Source: the human T2T-CHM13v2.0 reference genome, Homo sapiens. From it: a stretch of 64,000 nt of DNA. A model generated the notes under the pieces. It ran no database searches. It saw nothing but the letters and a program-made list of their open reading frames with translations, and was not told the origin of the DNA. Below, in pieces: positions 45,670 through 60,643 of the stretch; position 1 is the stretch's first letter, and every line of letters starts with the position of its first letter. The stretch lies in assembly GCF_009914755.1 (NCBI RefSeq), contig NC_060933.1. One strand, 5' to 3'. A program made the translations under genes and the position numbers.

Positions 45670-47285
45670 GTGAGTAATTAGGTCTCTGTTATGACTTAAC
45701 ACATGGCCTCCCTCAGCTTATACTAACCTTAGGCTTGAGCATGGTTTTATATTGGGTTTGGACAGACTCTTAAGGCATGAATTTTAACACCTATAGCTGG
45801 AAACTTTTTCCTTAAATTAACTTAATGTCATTGTGGAGGAGATACATGATGAGAATAAACGGCAATGTTGAAAACTGGTACAGGGGTAGACTTCCTTTTT
45901 ATTAATAGGATGATTGGAGAGACTTTAATGTTGGTTGAACTCTTGGGGACGTTTTATCTTCTCTAAAGTAGCCGCTGTCATTAATACTTGTTTTGAGATT
46001 TAGGTATTGGGGTAGGAGGAAGGCGGAAAAGTTGGTTTTCTTTTAGTACCATTTTATTCATTCATTGGCTTAGCAAACACCTTTGCCCTCCACCTTTTTT
46101 ATTTTCTTTCAAATCCACAGAAAACTCTAAACAGTGTTAAGGTGAACAGTCTTTATCTAGTTTACCAATTAATATTTTCCACACTGCTTTTTCTGTTTGT
46201 CTCCCTCTGCATCTCTTTTTTTCTCTTTTCTGCATAAACACACATTTTCTTTTTTACTTAAATTGTTTTTTGAAATTATTCTTGAAAGTAAATAACAAAC
46301 ATCAAGACTTCTAAATACTTGATCATATATATGCCTTCTGGGAGCACAGAATTCTGTATCATAATCATAATACCATGATCACATCCAAGAAATTCCACAT
46401 TGATTCAGTAATGTCTGATACACAATACACATTCAATTTTCTCCCAATTGTCTACTCCATAGAATCTAGCTTTTTTTCTAATCAAGATCTAATGAAGATT
46501 CAAATATTGAATTGTCATTTCTCTTTATTCTTTTAATCTATATTACTCCTTTGCCTTTTTTTGTGTTTCATGCCATTGATAGTTTTGAAAAATTCAGACA
46601 AATTGTCATATAAAATGTCCCACAGTCTTGATTTTTCTCATTTTCTCATGATTCAGTTTAAAATGCTTGGCAAGAATACCACACAGGTGATGTCAGCAAA
46701 GAGTTTTGAGTACCTGTTATGATCTGTACTGTGCTGAAGATCAGAGGTAAATAAGAGACATGGTCTCAATCCTCCTGGATACAGAGCTTGTGAATCCAAC
46801 TAGCTTTAAGCACATAATCACACAAGTATATCATTTATTACTTTCAGTGGTGCTATTAAGGTATAATAAAAAGTTTGGTGTAAGATTGTAACAAGGGAGT
46901 CTTACTTAGATTAAAGGCTTCTCAGGGGAAGTGACCTGTAAGGAGCAGCCTGGAAAATGATAAGGGATATCATTTTCTTTTGCTCTTTTCTGTGTTAACT
47001 TTTCAAAATGTTGTTATGAAAATAATAGATCTATTTGAAAAGGGAGTAGAGAATAGAGTGTTAATGGGAAAGTGAATGGTACAGTATACAGAAGTCCTAA
47101 ACTGGGGAAACACTTGGTGTATGGGAGGAACTGAAAGGAGGACAGTGTGACTGGAGTATCCTGAGTGACTGGGAGTTGAGGAGAGAGCTAGGGAGAGCTT
47201 TGAAGCCCAGATAAGGAGTCTGAATCTTGCTTTTCTAAGCAACAGGTATTCAAGGGTATTAAGCCATTTTGTGTAGATTGCAATA

Positions 47286-47501
47286 CAAGTTTGAGTATCC
47301 CTTATTTGAAATGCTTGGGACCGGAAGTGTTGTGGATTTTGGATTTTGGATTTTGGAATATTTGCATTATACCGGTTGAGCATCCCAAATCCAAAAATCC
47401 AAAGTGTTCCAATGAGCATTTCCTTTTAGCATCATGTCAGTGTTTAAAAAGTTTCAGATTTTGGAGCATTTTGTATTTTCAGATATGGGTTGCTCAACCT
47501 G
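47286..47501. mobile_element. Tigger4a/MER46A-like Tc1-mariner MITE
   Basis: TA-flanked inverted termini CAAGTTTGAGTATCCC ... GGGTTGCTCAACCTG. Confidence 0.85.
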
Positions 47502-48796
47502 TACAAGTAAAACAAAAACCACTTTGGTTTTTCTTAACTGAACCCAGCTTGTTGCTATTGGTAGTCATGTAAAAATATGATAAAGCTATGACATGAATAA
47601 AGAGGTTGACTTTTTATTTTGTTTTGTTGTTTTAATGAGACTTTATATCTCAAAGTCCCACAAGCCTGGGTGATTTATCTTCGTTCTCACCTTCAGTTCA
47701 AGGACATTTATCCCCTTGAAAATGGGTTTTCCAATCAGACCCTCCATGTCTTGTTTTGAACTCTTGCTGCTTGCCAGAGTGTTATAAGTGCTTGTTTAGA
47801 GTGAGGGGAGATGGGCTACTTAGCATCAGAATCACCACTGTGGGTTAGGCCACATCTCCTTGCATGTGGCAAAGTGAAGTTGCCTTCCATGACAAAGACT
47901 TCAAAGATCTGGGCTTTTGCCCCAGATACTCTTAACTTACCAGTAATGATCTGCTATGCTTTTCTCACTTATTACTTAATCTGATTTGCTCTTTAGTTCT
48001 GCTTTCTTCTCAGTGATTTCTGTGCTCAGCCCGCCTCCATCATCTTGTTCCATAGAAGCCTGCCCACCTTCTTGACTTTTTTGAAGGCTTGCTACATTCA
48101 CACCAATCCTTAAATAACATTTCCAGTGCTTCTTTTTTCTCTTTTGAAAATATCTTGCCAAGTTCTCAGGGAAATAATTATCCATAAAACTATGGAAAAT
48201 GTAGGTATTATTATAAATGTAAATAGAAGTGAAGGAGGCTTTTGTAGTACTTCAAGCATTACTGCAAGCCTTAGAATATGTAAGGTTCTTCTAAAACAAG
48301 CTATATTTTTAACAGTGAGGAAGAAAAACAATTTTGCTAGAATGAAATAGCAGCTAAGGGAGGAAAAATGGTTAAACAGAGGTCCCAGGATTTGGGAAAG
48401 ATGACACCTACACTGTATATCAGCCTATTTCTGCTCAGCTCAAATTCTGTCCTTTCTACAAAGTCTGTTTCTGACTGCCTTAGGCAGATACAGGCCTTCC
48501 TGTTCTTGTATTATCACTGATGTCTAATTCCTATTACAGTTATTTTAATACTGGCTGTGTGAGAGACTCCTTGAGGACAGGAACCATACTGACAAAGAGT
48601 AGTCATTGTTAACTATTCCTTGTTTGAGTGAATAAATGTTTTAAACACAACCTTAGGCCTGAGTTTCTGCATAGCACTAAATTTTCTGGTAAGGCAATAA
48701 TATAAAGCTGGATTTAATATCCTGAGAAAACTTCTGTATGTTTTGTGATTCCCCACCGCCATCCTCCCTACCCAACAACTTGCCTATCTGTTACAG

Positions 48797-48922
48797 ATGC
48801 CTGAAGAACAGGCATTCAGTGTTCTGGTCAAGATCATGTTTGACTATGGGCTCAGGGAACTTTTCAAGCAAAACTTCGAAGATTTGCATTGCAAATTTTA
48901 CCAGTTGGAGCGCCTCATGCAG
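48797..48922 (+). CDS. RABGAP1: RABGAP1 coding exon (MPEEQAFSVLVKIMFDYGLRELFKQNFEDLHCKFYQLERLMQ)
   Basis: ttacag|ATG ... CAG|gtaaaa; 126 nt, phase 0/0; EEQAF TBC motif. Confidence 0.95.
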
Positions 48923-49529
48923 GTAAAAAGAGAAACCAGCTTGTGTTTGACAAAAAGAGTACAGGACTAAGGAGCACCAAATTGAGGAAATGGTGCCAGG
49001 GAGCATTGGTAATTGCCTTAGCGATCCGTGGCTAAGGATGGGTTTCATTTTTATCCTTTATCACTATGTGATTATGATGCAAAGATTAACAAAGTGTTAA
49101 ACTTTCACACCTCATGGATGTGAGCTGATAAACTCCCAAAAGATCAGATGACTTTGTTAGGGGTCTTTTCCACAGCTAACTCAGTCAAGAAGTACTCCCC
49201 AAGGCTCTGAAGCTGACTGGTTAGGAATCTCATAACAAAAGTGAAACAAACTTTCCCAAATGTTTTTTACTTTGGAGAGAAAAACAGGCTTTCCAAATAC
49301 TTGTCACCATTTTGGGGATTCCTCTTTCTTTAGAACAAGTTTGTGGTCTGGAAAAAAGAGTTGAGTGCCAGCTTAATACCAGATGATAAGTGTTCTAAGC
49401 ACTTTGGAGATTTTTAGAAAAACACAAGTATTTTACTTTTTTGGCCTATTCCTGGTAGATTTATGAGCCTCCTTAGTGGGAATTGGACAGATGCATATGT
49501 GCCCAGAACTAATTGGTTTGCTATTTCAG

Positions 49530-49673
49530 GAATACATTCCTGACCTGTACAACCACTTCCTGGATATAAGCCTTGAAGCACACATGTATGCCTCCCAGTG
49601 GTTTCTTACTCTTTTCACTGCAAAATTCCCTCTCTACATGGTCTTCCATATCATCGACCTGCTTTTATGTGAG
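49530..49673 (+). CDS. RABGAP1: RABGAP1 coding exon (EYIPDLYNHFLDISLEAHMYASQWFLTLFTAKFPLYMVFHIIDLLLCE)
   Basis: tttcag|GAA ... GAG|gtatgt; 144 nt, phase 0/0; YASQWFLTLF TBC motif. Confidence 0.95.
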
Positions 49674-49892
49674 GTATGTATCAGAGGCCACAGCACTTTG
49701 GCTTTTGTTTGCAGTGTACTTGAGGAGAACAGATTCTGTTTTGAGTGTCAGCTCTGTCAAAACAGAATTGGTCTCTTTAATTATTTTATTTTATTGCTAG
49801 GAAATCTAGGTTTAAGTGACTTCCTTGGACTAAAGCTAATGATCGTATTTGTTAAAGGTGTACTCTGAAAAGACGTACTGAATTAGACATTT

Positions 49893-50210
49893 GTATTAGT
49901 TCATATTAGTTTTGGCTGTATTGAATGAAGAAACCCAAAGTAACAGTGATTTTAAAAAATAGCTTTTTGCTCTCTTGTGAAAAAAAGTCAATGTTGGCAG
50001 TAGCGTGCCTTCCCCTCACTCTGGCTGTTAGCCGTATGGAGGAGTAGCACACCAGCCATTATATCATATTCAAGCCAGGAGGATTAGAGGATGGGAGAGG
50101 GTGCCTCCTCTGTTTTCAAAAGAGACTTCCTGGAAGTTCCATCCAGTATTTCCACTTTATGGTCAGAACTTAGTTACATGACCACACCTAGCTGCAAGGG
50201 AGACTTTTTA
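49893..50210. mobile_element. Old MLT1 (J/K-like) LTR fragment
   Basis: ggtcagaacttagttacatgaccacacctagctgcaagggag motif. Confidence 0.55.
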
Positions 50211-51489
50211 AAAAATAAGCTGAGCAGGAATTTGCTAAAAATTAGAGATTTATTACTAAAGAGAAAATAAGATATTAGAGTAAATAACAGTCTTTGCCAT
50301 GACGTAATTTTGGATTTTGTGTGGTGTGTTTAAGAAAAACATAATTATAAAAATAATATATGTTTATAGAAAATATAAGTAAAAATAATTTAAAATACTA
50401 CAAATCCCACTGTCTATAGGTTACCTCCTTTAACAGTTTGGTTAAAAGCAGTATCCTTTCAGCCTTTTTTATGTGTTCATATATGTGTATGTATAATTAC
50501 TATACAGAATAGTATGGTTTCCATATGGATGGAACACTATATATATTATGGTTCTCCTATGTGTATATTTAAAAATATGATTGTTATTTATACTCTTTGG
50601 TATCCTCTTTTTAAATTTCATATACTTGAACATACACATCTGTACTATCCTTTTTAATTATGCTATATTCAAAACATACAAAAATTCATAAAGAATTTGT
50701 ATCTACCACTCAGCTTGAAATATTCTAAGAAACAGAAGAAATAAATATTACCAAATATGCCGTTTTTCTTAGTTGCTGCCAAGTATCCCATTATTTGGAT
50801 GTGCTATACTTTATGTAACCAATTTCTAATCACAAACCTTTAAATTGTTTCTAGCTTTTTAGTAGTATAAACAACCATCTGTTAAGTAGCTACTAAAGGC
50901 CAGGTGGCATGCTAAGTAATTTACATAAACTTTTCAGCTAATTATCTCAGAAAACCCATAGGAGAGTATTAGTTATGGAAACTGAGGCCCAGCAGCTTAA
51001 GCAGTTTAACTTGATCAACAGATGTTAGTGCTTCCTCTCCTTTGTTCTTAGCCCCAGGATTTGCAGAATGGAGGGAGCCTTGAGCAGATTCAGTTCTGGA
51101 ATATAGGGCTTATCGACAGAGTGGTTGCTGTGCATGGATTGGGACAGCACAAGATAAAGGAAAAGTTCCCCAGGAGTTATTTCCTGAGAGATCACAACTT
51201 TATGACTGATCTTTTGGTTTGGAAGCATGGAATGCTTTGGAAAAGCATTTCTTATTATTGAATATGAGAACAGGGCAAGAAAAGCTCTTCTCTCAGAAAA
51301 AGGGGAAGCTAGGTCTTTAAGCAGCTTTTCAATGGCCCTTTAGTTTTTATTTTTCAAGGTAGTTCTGAGATAATGCATTTCCTTCCTTAAGTTTTCACAA
51401 TTTCTTTAAAAATGTGGGGTATAAGGACAAATAGCATAATAGTCGAGATATAAAAACTGACAGTGTTCTTTTTGTCTGTTCTCTTTCAG

Positions 51490-51531
51490 GGAATAAGTGT
51501 TATTTTTAATGTCGCCCTTGGATTATTAAAG
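51490..51531 (+). CDS. RABGAP1: RABGAP1 short coding exon (GISVIFNVALGLLK)
   Basis: ctctttcag|GGA ... AAG|gtactc; 42 nt, phase 0/0; continues the TBC consensus. Confidence 0.92.
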
Positions 51532-51625
51532 GTACTCATTTATTTATTAGCTGAGTTATCTGTCATTCCCTGCTCTGCACTTGCAATACATTGGTTGTAG
51601 TCTCATTCTGAGCAGTCACTGTGCA

Positions 51626-51801
51626 CTAGCATTACCCATGACAGTGGATGTATGCAGGTGGCTCTGACAAAAGCGAAGAAATATCTTCTGGGGATTATAA
51701 AAGTGCTGGAAATCTAGCATTACCCCTAACAGTGGATGTATGCAGGTGGCTCTGACAAAAGCTAAGAAGTATCTTCTGGGGATTGTAAAAGTGCTGAAAA
51801 G
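51626..51801 (+). repeat. 88-bp tandem duplication (2 copies, about 92% identical) in a short RABGAP1 intron
   Basis: CTAGCATTACCC...GTGGATGTATGCAGGTGGCTCTGACAAAAGC...AAAAGTGCTG starts at 51626 and again at 51714. Confidence 0.95.
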
Positions 51802-51878
51802 TGCTGAGAATATAAAAAACTTCTTGTGCATCCTTATAGCAACACATTTTTTCTATATGTGTTTGTATTTTCTTCAAG

Positions 51879-52007
51879 ACTTCGAAAGATGACCTGCTGT
51901 TGACAGACTTTGAAGGTGCCTTGAAGTTCTTTAGGGTTCAGCTTCCTAAGAGATACCGCTCAGAAGAAAATGCAAAAAAACTAATGGAATTAGCCTGCAA
52001 CATGAAG
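51879..52007 (+). CDS. RABGAP1: RABGAP1 coding exon, end of TBC region (TSKDDLLLTDFEGALKFFRVQLPKRYRSEENAKKLMELACNMK)
   Basis: tttcttcaag|ACT ... AAG|gtaaaa; 129 nt, phase 0/0. Confidence 0.93.
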
Positions 52008-52397
52008 GTAAAATAATTTTGCATTAGTTAAGATTCTGTTTTTCACTTAGTGTCTCACTATTCCTGATCATTTATAATACATAATTATTTATGTATTATA
52101 TTTATAACATTTATAATACATATTAGTGTTAACATTTATAATATATAAATAATATTAATGATGTTTTCTTCTGTATTATATAACTCTTAACCTTTTTTTC
52201 CCCAAAATACTTTCCTATATATTATAATCCTACGAATGAAATCTCGTTGTCCCCCCAACCGCCAAACTATAGGAAGAGTATTAATATCCCTGTTTTGAAG
52301 ACAAATCAAAACAAAAAGAGGTTGTAGTTCCCTAGTTGTACACCTGGTTAGTGGCAGAATTCAGGTTTCAGGTTTCATGATTTCTTCTACTGTGCTG

Positions 52398-52697
<300 letters not shown>

Positions 52698-52856
52698 TTA
52701 ACTTTCAACATTTGTTCTGGTCAGAAGTTCCCTAAAACAAAGCTAATAATACATGAAGAAAACTCAGTTTTATCACTTCAAGTGGCATTTGTGATTCGCA
52801 CAATTTTTTTAAAAGTAAAAAGGTATAGGATCTTCTTGTGTTCATGTTATCATAAC

Positions 52857-52929
52857 ATTGTATTGTATTGTATTGTATTGTATTGTATTGTATTGTATTG
52901 TATTGTATTGTATTGTATTGTATTGTATT
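52857..52929 (+). repeat. (TATTG)n pentanucleotide repeat beside a truncated antisense AluJ (~52946-53030)
   Basis: 13 perfect TATTG units, 52861-52925. Confidence 0.95.
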
Positions 52930-54392
52930 TATTTTCTGTGGGGCTTTTTTTGAGACAGGGTCTCACTCTTGTTACCCAGGCTGGAGTGCAGTGGTGCAGT
53001 CACAGCTCACTGTAGCCTCAACCTCCCTGGACTCACTTATTTAGGGCTCAGTTTCTGCTTTTGTAAAATATTATTTTACTTCTCATTCTGGTTATGTGTC
53101 AGACTGAGCTAACTCAGATTACCCTTCTTTTAATACATAGAGAGGCTAAATAAAATATACCCCAAGAAATGTTTAAATGCCTGGAAGAACTTGAAATAGA
53201 AATGCACAGGTATTTAAAACAAAGTAGCTCAACTAGTGTGTGTAAACTGATATAACACATCTCAGGGGAGTATGGAACTATGTGTAGCTATTAGGGGTTT
53301 AATGCTCACACAGACATAGTGGATATGATTTTGGGCCTTTAGGAGGCAGCTGAAAAAGTGAGGCCTTTGCATAAAGTTAAGACCTCTGAATGGCTCCCCT
53401 ATCTGTTAAAGGAGGAATACAAAAACTACCTATTAGCCTGAGAAACAGTAGAAATCATAATATAAAATGAATAGTGGATTAGAAAAAAAAAAGGAAATAG
53501 AACTTCTGGTAATTAAAATAATCATCAGAGTTTACATTCTATTTAAAATGTTACATACTTCATAGGTATTACGGCTAACAGTTAATGATAGTTTACCATG
53601 TGCTTGGTACTATGGTTAAGTGCTTTTATATGTGGGGATTAGCGACGATATCGTATGTACAGTGTTTAACATAGTGCCTGGTAGTTAGTAAGGGTCCAAG
53701 AAATGATGGCTACGACTATAATTATTTCCTCCCTGATCGTTAAGTAGATAACAAACATTTTACAGTAATATTTTCAAAGAAAATAGGTTTGCACAAAGCA
53801 TAGATAGAACCAAGTGAGTTCTGAGATTCTTTGAGTCACTCTTCCCACCTCAGCCTGGTTCAGCACACAAGAGGATGCTGCCTCTTTTTTGTTCATGATT
53901 TCTTTGCCTCCAAAATCCCCTTTCTCAGTGTCCCCATCTCAATTAGGGGTACCTGGTTGCTCAGGCCAAAAACCTTGCTGTCCTCTTGACTCCTCTCTTT
54001 CTCACACTCCACATCTATGCTCGTCGTCAGAATATATCCTGACTCTGATCACCGCCACCTTCATTATTAACATCCTAATCTAACCATCATCATCCTTTCC
54101 TGTTTCCACAGTGGCTCCCTCCCTGGCTCTTCTCTATCGCATGTCTCCTTTGCTGAAAACTCACGTTTCCACCATCCAGAGGCATCCTGCATTCAATTTT
54201 GCTCCTTTTCTTTCCAAATGTTTTTTATGCATTCTTAAATAATTGAGTTCATACAGTCAGTATCATTTTTCTTCCTGTTTCATGCAATTACACGGATTTT
54301 CCTCACTGAGATATTGTGTGTAAATAATCAGTTGTAAATGGTTATATAATTCCTCTGCTTGAATTTGCCTCACTGTGCTACAGTTTATTTAA

Positions 54393-54768
<376 letters not shown>

Positions 54769-56092
54769 CGCCACTCTTGTTTAAATTTTTGTTGTTGTGA
54801 TGTGAACGGTTTTATACATAAAGATTCATTGGATTTTAGAGTTTTTCCTTAAACTCTGATTCTTTCTCCTACTACGTTTCCCCCTTCTCCTTCCAATTCA
54901 GACACGCTGGCCTCCTTGCTGTTCTCAGACCTTTGCACTGGTCAGTCTCTCTGCTTGTAATGTTCTCCTGAATGTCTGCATGGCTTCACTGTCCCCTCAT
55001 CCAGTCTTCGGCTCATATATCCACAGCTTCTCAAATTGCAGTATCTAAAGTAGCAGCTCCCCCAACCTTTATGCCATTACGTCCTTATCCTATCTTATTT
55101 TTCCCTACTGGAATGGAGGCTGTGCAGCAGAAGAGACAATCTCTTTGGCTTACTGCTGAATCCACAGTACCAGGAACAGGATCTCGCTTATAAATATCGA
55201 TTGAATAAGTGAATGAATAAATACACTGTTGAGTGTCTACCATGTGTTTTACAAAGAAGAGTTAACATGGATTTGGGCAAAGCTTAATAGTTTCCAGCCA
55301 GAAGTTTTACCTTTTGGATTCCCATTAGCTTGAAACACTTTAATAATATATGGATCCTTTATTTCCATATATGGAAAGGTGGGGAAAGTCCAGATAGGAG
55401 GTATCTGATGTCTTTTTTTTTCTTGCCTATGCCTTCAATGAGTTAAGTCTGACAAGGCTGCCTTCAGTGTGTCTGCACAGCACATATATTTTGTGCTTAG
55501 ATATATAATTCCTTCTAGACCTGGAGAACTTTGCATGTTTGGGGTACACTTTGGATGTTTCCCCCTATTTGCACATGATTTCAGGTGAGATAGTAGTTTT
55601 TCTTGAAATCGGCTCATAGCCTGAAAAGAGTACAGATTCACCAGAACATAAGAGAATGGGATTTTTCTGCCAGAAGGTGAGCTATGGTATGTACAGTTTA
55701 GTTAGTGATGATTTGTTGTCTTCTGGCAGCTATACTTAATACCAAAAAATTTTAAGAGAGATACACACAATAGTTGAACCTGTTATGGGCAAAGTGATAA
55801 TTCAGTGGTAACTTGCCAGTTCAAAATTAGGAAGTCATTGGCAAGTGCATCCTGAGCCCTGCATTCTGTGGCTTGCGTGAGGTATGAGTACACATGAGGA
55901 TCTGTGGTTTGAGTCCATTAGACCTCGAAAGGGCGGTTCATGATATGTGGTTCCAAAAGCTTGTTTGGAAACAAGCTTTTGAACTTTTTCGTGTGGAATT
56001 TACAAAGGTAACTTTTGCTCTGCAACTCACTGAAATCTCTTTCCATTATTTTTTAAATGTTTGTAAATTGTGGCTTGGTTTACTCAGTTGTA

Positions 56093-56580
56093 CAGTTGAC
56101 CTTTGAACAACATGGTATGAACCGCATGGGTCCACTTATACGTGGATTTTTTTCAATAAAAGTTATACCAACTATGCCTCCTGTCTCCCCTTCTACCTCT
56201 GCCTCCTCCACTTCTGCCTCTGCTACCTTTGAGACAGAAAGACCAACCCCTCTTCCTCCTCCTCCTCAGCCTACCCATCATGAGGACAACCAGGATGAAG
56301 ACCTTTATGATGATCCACTTCCACTTAGTGAATAGTAAATATATTTTCTCTTCCTTACGATTTTCTTAATATTTTCTCTAGCTTGTTATATTGTAGGAAT
56401 TCAGTACATAATACCTATAATGTACAAAATATGTATTAATTGACTTTATGTTTTCATTATGGCTTCTGGTAAATAGTAAGCCATTAGTAAGTAAATTCTG
56501 GGGGAGTCAGAAGTTACACGTGGATTTTCAGGTGCGCAGGGCGTCAGTGCCCCTAACTCGTGTTGTTCAAGGGTTAACTG
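56093..56580. mobile_element. Tigger2-derived MITE (Tigger2a/MER28-like)
   Basis: TA-flanked TIRs CAGTTGACCTTTGAACAACA ... TGTTGTTCAAGGGTTAACTG. Confidence 0.88.
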
Positions 56581-56637
56581 TACTTCCTGATAATCAAGGT
56601 GAGAATTGGAAATATTTTGCCTCACATGCCAGTCTAG

Positions 56638-56991
<354 letters not shown>

Positions 56992-59900
56992 TGATATTGT
57001 TGTAATTTGTAGTATTGATATAGTTCTTAAAAGCATCTTATTTCTTCCTCACAATACCCTGTGAGATACAATAGGGCACATCAAGTGACTTACCCAAGTC
57101 ATACCAGCTGTATAGTGACAGACCACCCTAGTAGAACTGAGGCCTCTGACTCTTATGTTCCCAATGCTTTCCAACGCATTCCACTGTCTCTTACCATTGC
57201 AAAGGTTCAAGAATTAAATTTGGTGTGGCAGTATCTGAAATGGCCACAAGATGGGTGTGTTGCTCAAAAATGTCTATCTTCTTCTCGGTGCCCTTGGAAA
57301 TTTTTTTTTTTTTCTTTATAAATCTTTGTCTGTCTCAGTCCTTACTTGCCTCTCTACTTTTGTCTTTTTCAGGCCTTTTACTTCTCCTATTCTCCCTCTT
57401 TCTCCTTAAAGTGAACTTATTATGGAACTGAAATGTTTTACTTATTTCTTGAGGAGTTTAGATCCCCTGCTCCTAATCTAAAATTTAACAGTGTACCTTA
57501 GAACTCATTTAGCTATCCATTGAACTTCTCCCACTTTATGGGTCAGTGACCTGAGATAGAAAAATTGTTCCACTTCTGATAGAGGATCTAAAAGGAATTC
57601 CATTCTAAATAGATTATTCTAGAAGATCATTTATGGACCTGGGAGCCCCACAGCCCTTTCATACAACTGCACCTTGCATAGTCTTTAGAGGGGAATATTG
57701 AAAGGTCTTTTAGATTTTTGATTCAAGAAATATGCAAGGGAAGCTCTTTCTTCATGTCTGTATAGGCATTTTTGAGAACAAGTGAGACATATGAGGCTAG
57801 TTTAGAAGACCCAAGAATCATGCTCTAAGAGATGGCCCAGTGAGTTTCCTAGATCAGACCTGAGGACTTGGCCATTTTGCCATAGAATCCTGCTTAAGGT
57901 GAAATGGAATTGCTGAACCATTGCTTCATTTGAACGTGTCATTTTAAACACAACGTGAATGTGCCAGACTTCAAACTACTTGTAAGAAAAGATACTAGTA
58001 CAAAAACCAAATAGCAGTGTCTCCAAATTAATATAATTCTTAACCATTTGCTATTTGGAGAAACAGAAAACTCTTCAGCATTTTCCCTTGGGGGATATTT
58101 TTATTCCAGAGCTTAAAAACAACACTAGTTTGAACTTCATTCTCTGTTCAAATTGTTTGTATAGTTAGTATGTATTAGATTTAAGCTCTCTGAGGGCAGC
58201 GACTTCATCCGTCTTGTTTGTTGATGGATTCGCAGAATCATACACAGTGCTCTCATACGGTGAAATAATCCTCACAGTGACCATATGAGGGCCTTTTAGG
58301 GATGTGCATACTGAGACATAGAGAATTGATGTAAACTCTCAAAGGATATAAAGTTAGTAACTAATGGAGTTGGGATTAGATCCCAAGAGTTTCAGACTCT
58401 GAAGTCAATTCTTATGGGCATTCTGCTTTACTGTAAATGATGGATTGAATGAATGGGACAGGAGCCATTTGTGTGTTATCCCTTTTTAGTGATGTTAGTA
58501 ATGTAATCTCAATCTCTGTGTCAGAGTTGAAACTTATTCTCTATACACTACACAAAGTTCAGCTTTCTTTATAACTAGACCAGACTGTAGTTTTATTTCT
58601 TTGCTTGTTCCTACCTTTTAGAATCAGATTTTATGAGGAAACTTCTGAATGGATGCTCTCTCTGTAATGAACCCTAAATTTTGCCAGTTGTTGCAAGGGT
58701 AGCAGTGGGCACTGCCTTCTTTTAATAAGCTGGTCTCCCTTAGTCCTTATCTGTTTGGGTTCTCTGCTACTAATTTGCTTCTTCCATTTTAGAAAAACAC
58801 TCTGGTGGTAGAACCAGAATACCTAATTGTACTTAGTGATCTTTGAAGGAGTTTGAGTATTAACTGTTTGAACAAATTAAATAAAAAGGCTCAGAAATTA
58901 AATAGAATGTTTATTTCCATTGGTGAAGAATGCAGACCTTCGAGACCCACAGACCTTGGCTTTTATCCTGGCTCCGCCTCTGCTGTGTGACCCCAGGGTA
59001 GGTTAACATCGCAGGGTTGTGACAGAATAAGATGATGCCTTTAAAGTGGCTGCTGCTTGCATCCCTCAAATACGAGTGTTCTTCTGGCCTGCCCTGTTTT
59101 GACCTTTGCCCAGGCATCCAGAGTACTTTCCTTAAGTCAGTTCAAGTCAACAAACGCTTGTAGATTTTCTTATGTGTTCAGCACTGAGCAGGCCACAGAG
59201 ATAAATAAGAAACAGGAATCACCCCAAACTTGCATTCTTATGCTGGCATTGCCACTTAACACTGGGTCCTTAACTTTGGACAAGTCACCTATCTATGATA
59301 CGGTATGATGTGAGCCATCTGTGATATGATAAGTATCACCTGTGATATGATCTATGATAGAGTAAAATGAGGGAGATAATCCCTGCTCTACTCATCTCAA
59401 TAAGTTGTTTTGAGAAGTAAATAAAATAGTAGATATGTAGGCATCTTGTTATCCTGAAAGTCCTGAGTAAATCTCAGGTTCTTTTTATCAGTAACTAAAA
59501 ATCAGTCCCTGTCCTGAGCATTAAACAGGAAGATAGACTTGTGTCAGATTTCTTTATTTAGCTTTCTGATAGTCCTACCACATGAAGCAATGAAGACTTT
59601 GGAGTCAGGATCTCCTTAATGTACCAGACTCTTTCTTACCCCCCACTGTCTACCCACTCACCCAACAACATGCTTCTCTCTCGCCATGCAGAGCTACTAA
59701 TGTTCAACCTCCCACTTCACTGGATTCCCTATGACTCCAGCTCAGCAGAGATTCTGATTTTGGCAACACTTTTTTAAGCCAAACTTTGAAAGCAGCTCCA
59801 CTTCCAGAGGGTAGCCTGTTTCATGCTTTTCTGTGTTAAATTGACTTTGTTTAAAATGGCTCTTTGTTTGCAGCACATGTTCAGAGTTGTAGCTGTGTCT

Positions 59901-60454
59901 CTTGATTCAGGACGGGATGCCAGGTAATAACGACAAATAGTAGCTAAAATTTATTGAAAATACTTCACTGTGTGCTAGGAACTTTTCTGAGGACTTTATA
60001 TATATTTGATGTTTTTTGATCTTCATAACAGTAGTCTTCATAAGGACTGTTAACGATTTTTACAGATGAGGAAATAGAGGCTTAAGATTAGGCAGCTTGC
60101 CCTTGGTCACACAGTAAGTCATTGGCAGAGCCAGGACTCCAGCCTTGGTCTGTTCCACCTGCACAGCCCGAGCTCTTAGTGGGCAGGTTGTACCACGTCG
60201 CGCCTGCCCAGGTGAGCAGCCACTCTCACTCTTTCTCCATGTGTGTTGCCCTTGCCGTCCCTGTCTGTTCCAGGGGCTGATCAGAGACCAGCTTCCCCAA
60301 GGCAAGTGGCATAGATTTTAAGAAAGCACATTATCTAGTTCCTGTGACAGATTAATGACAAGTGAGTGACCAAAGGAGAGATGTTTTGGACTGAATTTGT
60401 GCTTCTATCAAAATAACAAACTGGCATGTATCAAGTCTTCCTTCTCTCTAATTT

Positions 60455-60643
60455 AAGGTTTCTTAACCTGGGACAATGGACAGGCCTCAGGGGGCCCATG
60501 AGCCCTCTGAAATGGTATGTAGAATGTTTTGATTGTGAAGGGAGAGGGGAAGTTGGCTTCTGTGCATTCTTTATTGGAGAGGAACCATGGCTCTCAGGAG
60601 ACTTTCAAAGTAGTGCTATTTCTAACGGTGTTAAGAACCCCTG
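60455..60643. mobile_element. hAT-Charlie-type MITE
   Basis: Inverted termini aaggtttcttaac ... gttaagaacccctg. Confidence 0.55.

Noticed and set aside
49476-49868. 130-aa ORF extending both sides of a RABGAP1 exon
   Set aside because: Only 49530-49673 is TBC-like and has splice sites; the flanks are probably open by chance.
51626-51801. Possible tandem C/D-box snoRNAs (CTGA present)
   Set aside because: No proper RUGAUGA box C or terminal stem; explained as a simple duplication.
56057-56335. Ser/Pro/acidic 92-aa ORF
   Set aside because: Lies within the Tigger2-derived MITE.
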